Source: the human T2T-CHM13v2.0 reference genome, Homo sapiens. Taken from it: DNA of 64,000 bases. Position numbers and translations under genes: made by a program. Shown piece by piece: positions 55,056-64,000 of the stretch (its first letter is position 1; the number at the start of each line of letters is the position of its first letter). The DNA lies in the NCBI RefSeq assembly GCF_009914755.1, contig NC_060940.1; one strand, 5' to 3'. A model generated the notes under the pieces. The model was not told the origin of the DNA. It did not search any database and saw only the letters and a program-made list of their open reading frames with translations.

Positions 55056-56410
55056 ATTTTTCTAGTATTTGTGATCATTTGGTGTATTGTGTTGTAGATT
55101 GGAAAATGCTGTGGATCAGAATGAGGCAAGCACTCGATAGACACCAGAAGCTTTATTCACAGAAGAGAGTTGGGAGACGGTTATCAAACTGAGGTCACAG
55201 GGGAATGGGGTGGGGTGAGGTGGGTTATTTTCATTGTAATGTGTGAAGTGATCAGTAGATTCTGCTTTTCTGCATGACAGTTTGCTGGTTGATCTTGTAA
55301 AAGGTGAGCACATACATTTCTGCAAGGAAGGATGAGATAAAAACACATTCAGTGACAATAATAATTCCCTCAGAGGCTATTTCTATGTGTGAGATGATGT
55401 AGAAATAGACACAATATCTCTGCAAACCCTTCATCTCCCACCTAGCTCAGACAGGCATGAGTCACTCAATGCTTAAGAGAAAGCAGATGACTGCACAGCT
55501 TGGGAACAAAGCTCATTGTTCCCTTAAGGCTTAAAACATAAAGGATTTGAAAGGGAAGATGAGCAGGCAGAAGGCATCCCTTTTATCCCTTTCCTACTGA
55601 GAGGAAGGAGAGTTTGGAAAGGAAGGATGAGGGTAAGACATGAGCAAGCAAGTATAAAGAATCACTTTCTCTGAAGCCCTGTCCTCAAACTAAGTCCAGA
55701 GTGAGAGGCTGTATGGAATCCTCCTTTCACATTCAGTTATCTGAATGTGAAAGATGTGCTTAGGGTACGAGCTTGGAGAAAAGACTGCCTGAACAAAGAA
55801 AAGTCACGAAGTCATTCTGTTGCTGCCATGTGGAGATTGCCATGTGACAAGAACCCCTTATCAGCCCCAGAGGGCATGTGAGGAGAACTAAAAGCTGCTG
55901 GGGGTGCCGAGAAGCACAGGAGGTAGAGGCAGTGCTGTTGGCAAGGTCTCACACCTGGGATGGGTGTGAGATATCAGAATGTCATGACCAAGTACATCCT
56001 TAACCTGAAACAGACCAACACAGAGCAGAATGGAAGCTGCTTGATTATCATAGGATTGTTCACTGTCCAGGCAGAAGACCAAGAAGTGTGACCCTTCCCC
56101 CACCACAACTGCTCCTAGGACTAACTCCAGGGTTGATGGAAAGGTAGACAAATCCCTGTAGGCATGTTAAATTTGAAGGTGGCATAAATATAATCCTGAA
56201 TTGACTGAGTAATCTGTGAACTGGACTGACTTCCTCTGGGATGATTAGGTTGATTTTCTACATGAGAAAGAATAGGAACTAAAAATAGAAAATTAGATTG
56301 GGTTGGGAAAAAAAATGCAGATTTTCACACTTGAGGCTGTAACTGAGAAATTCATAACTGCAATATTATTCTAACTGCTTTGCTTAAGTAGCTTATCTCA
56401 GAGATATGTA

Positions 56411-56592
56411 CAGTAATCTGCTGGCTTGTGGGAGCCTACTGTGAACATCTCTTCCCAGCTCAGCATTATCAAGTTGTTAGCTTGAAATCTTCCACAGAAG
56501 GAGCATTTACACCACGGGAATTGACAAATACTACAAAGCAAGACTTTTCCCCCAAAAGAAAAAGTTATTAAACACTTACCAGCATACCACTG
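56411..56592 (-). mobile_element. MER63A (hAT-Blackjack)
   Basis: catctcttcccagctc..tagcttgaaat..ggagcatttacaccacgggaattgacaaa..aaacacttaccagcataccactg. Confidence 0.85.
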
Positions 56593-57370
56593 ATCAGAAC
56601 TTATCACTCATGAGCCAAAATATAATGATGTTGGATAAAAGATTTAGGCTTTATTTTAAAAATTGAACTGTGATGTAAAAGACCTGAACCAGGTTGCCAG
56701 GACTTCATTATTTGTTGCTTTAAAAAGTAAAGTTAGGAATTTGTTACTGTGTATATTCACAATGCACATATAAGTTCTTTAGCATAGCTTAAATAACTTG
56801 TTTCCAGATGGTGTACAGCAACTAGGTGTGGTAAGAATATATATTCCAAGTTAACACATTTAAACCTCCAGCTTTTGAGTTGACATGTTGGTTGATAAGT
56901 TGTTTGCTTTTTTGCTTAAAGAAGGACATTTCTTCATTCAATGTCTACCTTTGATCAAAATATCCAGAAATCTCTGTTAGGGCCACAGAATTTCTGTTTT
57001 TCTCAGTGACCTCTACTCATGAATTAAATTTTTTTATTTAATTAATACCAAGAATAAGAAGTTAAATCAACTTGCTTTGGAAGCCACCCATGCAGATCAA
57101 ACTAACCGCTGTCAAGCTGGTTATAGCTTGGTAGGAGATTGCAAATACTAAACTATCTTCTCATAAAACAACCTGAAATATTCATGAATATTAGTAGTGA
57201 TCTTAAAATATTATTTATTCTGTACACTTTAAATGTTGGATGGATTCTTTTTATTTATCTAAAGTTGGTGATGAACATGTGTACCAAACACACACTAAGC
57301 GGTTTTTGGATGCTGAAAGACTGAGAGTTAGGTTTCCTTAGCCTTGAATGAAAGACTTTCCACTATCTGG

Positions 57371-58428
57371 TATTCGGGGAACTAGCCCCCAGTATTTCAG
57401 TGTAGGTTCTTTTCTATTTTCCCTAAATGTCAGCCGGTCTGAGAAATAAAGAGAAAGAGTACAAATAGAGAAATTTTACAGCTGGACCTCCAGGGGTGAC
57501 ATCACATATCGACAGGTTCTGTGATGCCTACCTGAGCTGCAAAACCAGCAAGTTTTTATTAGGGATTTCAAAAGGGGAGGGGTGTACGAATAGGGAGTAG
57601 GTCACAGGGATCACATGCTTCAGAGGGCAATAGAAGATCACAAGGCAGAGGGTGAAATTAGAATTATTGATGAGGTTCCATGTCCCACTGGGCATGCATT
57701 GTATTGATAAACATCTTAACAGGAAACAGGGTTCGAGAGCAGACAACTGATCTGACTAGAATTCACCAGGCTGGAATTTCCCAATCCTGGTAAGCCTGAG
57801 GGTACTGCAGGAGACCAGGGTGTATTTCATCCCTTATCTTCAACTGCATAAGACAGACACTCCCAGAGCAGCCGTCCATAGACCTACCCCTGGGAATGCA
57901 TTCCTTCCCCAGGGTTCTTCCTTGCTGGGAAAAGAATTCAGTGATATTTCTCCTACTTGCTTTCTGCAAGAAGAAAAATATGGCTCTATTCTGCCTGACC
58001 CCGCAGGCAGTCAGACCTTAAGGTTATCTTCCCTTGTTCCCTGAAGATCGCTGTTGTTCTATTCTTTTTCAGGGTGCCCTGATTTCATATTGTTCAAACA
58101 CACATGTTTTACAAACAGTTTGTACAGTTAACACAATCATCACAGGATCCTGAGGTGACATACATCCTAAGCTTACAAAGATGACGGGATTAAGAGATTA
58201 AAGTAAAGACAGACATAAGAAATTATAAGAGTATCGATTGGGGAAGCGATAAATGTCCATGAAATCTTCACAATTTATGTTCAGAGATTGCAGTAAGGAC
58301 AGGCATAAGAAATTATAAAAGTATTAATTTTGGGAGCTGATAGATGTCCATGAAATCTTCACAATTTATGTTCTTCTGCTGCTGCTTCAGCTGGTCCCTC
58401 CATTCGGGGTCCCCGACTTCCCATAACA
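57371..58428 (-). mobile_element. MER11 (HERVK11/HML-8) solo LTR
   Basis: Ends tattcggggaac.. and ..ggggtccccgacttcccataaca; perfect 6-bp TSD ATCTGG (57365-57370 / 58429-58434), typical of ERVK. Confidence 0.95.
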
Positions 58429-61400
58429 ATCTGGCTCCATTCTCCTTTCTTGCCTTGATGACAACTGCCCTCCTGTTGCCCCCTCTATTCCCTTTGCTCC
58501 CTTCACTCCCTTCAGTCCAATTACTGCTGTGCTGAAAGATGTGCCTCACATTGGTTTGCCCTCATGTCATTCCTCTGCTTGGAAGGCTCCAATCCTTCAC
58601 TGTGGCCTTCCAGTGTCCCACCCTGGAACCCAAGTGAAATGTTTCTGCTTCCCTAACCATTCAGCCAGCAGTGCTCTCCACACCCTGAACTTCTCAAGTG
58701 CTCATTCCATTTCAGTCCCTCTTGTAATCTGCATCACCTGCTGATGTGCTGTCTTACTCTTTTATAAAAGATGAACTCCAGGAGGAAATGACATCATCTG
58801 AGATGAAGAACAGACCCTGGAGACAGACTGTTTTCAGGGTTTGCCTGACTTTACCAGATCTTTGTAACCTTTCATAAGTGACTTTACAACCTTTTGGCTC
58901 AGTCTCTTCATGTTTAAGGTGGGGAAAAAAAATTTCCATTGTGTAAGATTATTGTGAAAATCAAACAAATTAGGACAGTGAAGCCCTTAGTACACTGTAG
59001 AATACAGAAGTGATCTCTGTTTATAGCCAGCAGATCCAGAGTCATTCCCAGCATTTCTTTTGATTATGTGCTGATAAATATATTGATCACATTTTGGTTT
59101 GGCTTCTAGGATGAAAATTGAGGGTAGTAGTAGTGATTAGAATGATATTAATAAGCCCTTCGACACAGTAGTTTCTGTGTTTGAAATTCTGTGTGTGATC
59201 TAGTCCTAAAAGCTGTAATCAGAATATGCGATTAGGGAGATACATTCTATATGCTTTGCTATGAAAGGTGGCATTTAGAGATTTTTAAAAGAGTGGTCTT
59301 TTTAACTGTCTAATGTCTTGTGCTGCCAGAGATCACTGAGCTTCTATAATGTTTATTAACAATTGGAAATGTCTTAAAGTGCATAGTCAGCCCCTCCCCA
59401 TTCAACATATAACATCTCATTTCTGCCTCCTTCCTAGCTTAAAAAGCTACTACGATAGGTTATACATAGTGTTTAGATTGTTGAAAAATATAAACTTTAA
59501 ACACTTAATCTAAACACCACATTAATTTAAATTTTAAGATATTTATGTTAAGATACTAGATGACATTAATATTCAGCAAATACTCATTTATTCATTGGAA
59601 TTCAAAACACATTTCAGACACTCTAGAGAAGATTGATGGGAATTAATCAAAACTATTTCTTAGAAAAGAAATGACACAAAGAGAATTTAAGATCGTTTGA
59701 AATGTCGCCTTTGCTCATTACAAAGGTCTGTCATTTTACTTTTGTTATGGGAAAGACAAAGCTCTTACAGCCCTTTGACCTTCTGAAGTTATCTCAGAAT
59801 CTATCTAATTTATTTCCATTTCTCTGAATTTGGCCATATTAGAACAATAACAGCTCAACTAATGAGAAGCCTCGCTTTTATGTTTGAGCAGTTCACAAGT
59901 TTTGGTAAAAGTTCCATTCAAATATGTCCATGGCTTTCTAATACGAGATTTGATTCTTAGCTATTAATTTAACAAACAAAAGCAAACTGTATTCTTTTAT
60001 ATTACAAAGCTCTTATATAACAAGCTAAATCATGGGAAAGTTGATATTTTAACTGCAGCTGGGAGGTGGAGGGAAGGAAGTCCTGGCTGAGTGAGAGGCA
60101 TAAGAACATGTATAATTCAAATAAAATTGTGGAGAACAAGAACAGGTTTCATAGAAAAATGCACGGTTTTCTTAGGCTCCACTGTCAGATTGGGCTTGTG
60201 TTACATGCTGCATCAAGAGGATGCCTTTTGCTACCAGGAAAAATACCATCCAACCTGCTTTTACCAAAACAACTCTGGAAACAACAGTGAGAAGGGACTG
60301 GTTATTTAAGAGGCACGTATTAAAGATCTCTAGGAAGGGAAGGCCATGAAGCAGGAACATAGCTGCCCAAGTTCCCCCCCAAATCCTATATGCTTACCCA
60401 AATCCCACAGGCCTTGCTTCCTTCATTCTCATCACCCAAGGAGAGCTGTCCCTGTATTCTAAATTAAATCACTCCAGGTTATCCTAAATCTTTTGTAGTG
60501 GCTCAGGTTTCCTGTTGCTTCAATTTACATTTTTCAAATTTCCCTTGTACTAATGACTCTTGACTCTGAGCACCACCACCCAGAATGTTTTCAAACGACC
60601 ACCCTGGACTTTGCCCTATCCCTCTCCAACATCTGATTGCGCTCCCAATGCCTACTATTTATGGGTTACCCACATCACCAAGTCCTGCCAATTCTACCTC
60701 ACTAAACTTTCTCCGATGCTTTCATGTCTTCATTCAATACATATTTATAGGGAGTTTCCTATGTGCCAACACCTATTCTAGCATGCAAACATCAGGAAGG
60801 CAGAGACTTACTTCTGTTTTGCTCACTTTCGTGGCGTTTGCCTGCTAGTAGAACATTATATTTATTCAAGCGTGAGAACTCCTAACTCTGATTAATACAA
60901 CAACCCCAAGATTACTCTTTTTCTCTCTGCTAAAATTTGATCAAGGAGATATGTCTGCACTGCCAATCAGCAATGTACTCCTTAGAATCCTCCAGTGGTG
61001 CTAATTTTCCCTTCTCCACTGTTTAGTATATCCTTTATAGCCCTTAAGATTGGCTCCTGCTCACCATTTCAGTCCCATCTTTCAACAGTCAGTCCAATTT
61101 CTGACACTTTATATTTTTTGCTCCAACTATTTCGGACAAATTGAAGCTCCTTAATGTGCTACAGCCTCTCACACTTCTGGAGTTTGCCTCTGCTCTTTTT
61201 ATGGGAAAGCCATTATTCGTTCTTCACCTCCTAGGTCATTCCTGTTAGTCCTTCAGTATAAGTGTAGATGCCAGCTCTCCCTGACATCTTCCTCAACTTT
61301 TTCATTGAGAGTCTTTACCTCTTTTCTGTGCCTCTTAACTTAGGATCTTAAACCTGTCCTTCCACCTAGCACAAATGCATTTTTCTCAGACAAATACAAT

Positions 61401-61479
61401 ATATTTTATGTCTAGATGGTGTTCCATTGAAATGTACAAATTCTGCCCCCCACCCAGTGACAAGCTGATAAACAGTGAA

Positions 61480-62070
61480 ATTATTTTTTAATTGAGTTGT
61501 TGAACTAATAAGGACTCAAACTAAGGTAGGGACAAAGCCAAGGAAAGGGCTGTAATGGAAATGACTTTGAAGGTTAAACTGACCAGATTTGGCAACTTCT
61601 ATACAGTATTACTGAAAGGGAGTAATTAGAAATGATTTTTAACATTTTCAGTCCGAATGAATGGAAGGCTAGAATTATGTGGCCATCTGGTTTTGACAGG
61701 AGGTAAAACATCCATTTTTGAAATGTTAAGTTTAACAAATCTATAGGGCATCCATGAATAGATATATGGGAGGCATTCAGGATTTGGGATATGGCTTTCA
61801 AAGGAAAGATCAGAGCTAGAAAAATAGATTTAGTCTTCAGCATCCAAAAAAAAAATCATTGTAGCCACAAGCATGAGATGTGTAGTTCAGTGAGGATGTA
61901 AAGCAAGAGAAAATGAGAGTTGTGTTAGCTTTTTAGCGAAAGTAAAGAAAAATGGCTCCATGAAAGATGCTGAAAAAGGCTGGTCAGGGAAGTTTAGAAA
62001 AAAACCCAAGAAGTTGCCATGTCCTATCGAGTCACAGAAGGAGGAGCTTGCCCGAAGTGACAGAATTTTG
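61480..62070 (-). mobile_element. L2 fragment
   Basis: ttttgaaatgttaagtttaa..gggcatcca..gagctagaaaaatagattt motifs; further L2/MIR pieces lie at about 58430-59000 and 60550-61400. Confidence 0.65.
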
Positions 62071-62560
62071 GTCATGACTTCTGATCTAGATGTTTTTGCT
62101 GATGAGTTTTCTCTCAGTTCATTTATTGACGTAGAAGGATATTCTACAGATGCAGTATGTCAGCATAGCAGAAGCAAAAAGCTGCTGTTCCTTTGTTTTG
62201 AAAGCATCATCCCTCAAGAATCATGCAAATCAGAAATTCATTATGGAAACTGTGTATGAAGATCATCTGGGAATTCCCCTAAATATAATGCCCCTGGCTG
62301 TCATATTGTCCCTCCCATTTTTATATAAAGGAGCATAAAATGCTAGAAATATTACATCCAGGCTTGCATTTAATTTTGCAAAAGTGATGGATTTTAAAAA
62401 TTTCACAAAGGGCAATTATATAACACAATATTCTTCTTCTCAGTTATGCATCTGTTGAAGGAAAAACTGGCATCATTAAATGAAAACAAAGTTTTTGACA
62501 TTTATGGTTGTCTATTGAGTTTGGCTGACTCTACAAATATTATATTTCCTAAAATTATAA

Positions 62561-62831
<271 letters not shown>

Positions 62832-64000
62832 ATAAATTGCTAATTTCTTAAGTAAAATTCTGAACTCTGAACATATATTTCAAACAATGACAAACTGACC
62901 TGTTTTATATTCCTAAGTATCTGTGGGTTACAAATTTTCAGAAAACAGATATAATAAAAGCAATAACAACTGCAACGTAATTCATGCTAGTAATAGATTC
63001 TCCATTTTGCTTATCAAAAGTATTTGCTTTTCACAATTACTGTAGCTCTCATCACGAATGTGCATTGAGCTGCTTCTGCTGGGATGCCGTGTTTCAGCTG
63101 CCACATTCTCTGTGGTAACAGCGTTCAGGAAAATGCAAGGGTGTGGATAAGATTCATAGTATTGCCAGAAGCAATTTGAAATTGGCTAGGCAGAAGCATA
63201 ACCTATTTTTTTTTTTTTTTGGTCCACCTTTTCTGATCCAGAAAATGTTGGCATTAACTCTCATTCCCAGCTGGAAGCACTGCTTTATTATGACTCAGTG
63301 GATCAATATACACTGGGAACCATGAACTGTGATAGGTGGCCTGACAATCCGATGAAAGGCCTCATTGGTTTGAGTGAAAATGAGGTTGCATTGTGAGACT
63401 TTCTTTTTATCAAAAAGGACAATTTAGAACTTTCCATTATACATTACAAATAGAAATAAGATGGAGATAAACAGAGCAAAATGATATGTTTTTTCCCTCT
63501 TCTGCCTCACTTGTGCATCTTTCACATCCTGACAGACTTGATCATGCTCCCTCAAAACCCTGACTGATCTTTTTCTTGGCAAATCCAGGGAAACATTCGC
63601 CTGCTTTTTCTAATATAGAATAACTAGTAGCATGTAATCTGAGAAGAGTTTTAAATCTCGGGTTAGGAGATACAACAACAAGGATAATTACACGTTTATA
63701 ACCACAGGTTAAAATCAGATTAATAAATAAAAGTGCCTAGATTGGAAAAATCACCCACCAATGGTTTGTTACATTTGCTTACATTTGCTCTCTTCCCCAT
63801 TTTAACACAATGTAATACTGAAAAATCAAATATGTTGAAACTTCATTTTTTTTTTGTCTGATGAGGTAAAGAAATCATTTAAAACACGTGTAATAATCAA
63901 GAATAAGGCAAACAAATCTAAATGTGTTAGTCCCCGGCAAAAGTAATGGTAATGTATCATGATTTTGACATAAACCTCATAATAGCAAATCTTTTCTCTA

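Noticed and set aside
58207-58373. ~90-bp direct repeat
   Set aside because: As I recall, an intrinsic feature of the MER11 LTR consensus rather than locus-specific.
61960-62259. 99-aa ORF MKDAEKGWSGKFRKK..
   Set aside because: Starts in purine-rich L2-like sequence; no recognisable domain.

Overview
AT-rich, CpG-poor, repeat-dense primate DNA, most likely human CNTNAP4 (Caspr4, chr16q23.1), transcribed on the + strand. The window covers most of intron 1, the 111-nt coding exon 2 (36528-36638, ..[37 protein letters not shown]..) and part of intron 2. The canonical signal-peptide exon 1 and exon 3 lie outside the window. The rest is transposon relics (AluJ/S/Y, L1PA/L1M, THE1, MLT1, MER41, MER11, MER67-like, MER20/58/63, MIR, L2), microsatellites and a 3'-truncated 7SK retrocopy. 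Almost all ORFs in the supplied track are spurious or L1/Alu-derived. The most interesting structure is around exon 2, where several N-termini can join in frame. A remodelled sense THE1A solo LTR supplies ATG TGG AAC T|GTGAGT (MWN-Y, no signal peptide). A second sense THE1 LTR carries an equivalent latent exon (MQN-N). The intron just upstream of exon 2 encodes an in-frame signal-peptide-like extension ([17 protein letters not shown]..). The THE1A LTR also has a splice acceptor that could make a 38-nt poison exon. Exon 2 has triple CTAAC/QKI-type branch motifs and is bracketed by inverted Alus. Intron 2 contains an unexplained 75-bp near-perfect palindrome. Repeat family names come from remembered consensus sequences and need RepeatMasker/Dfam confirmation.
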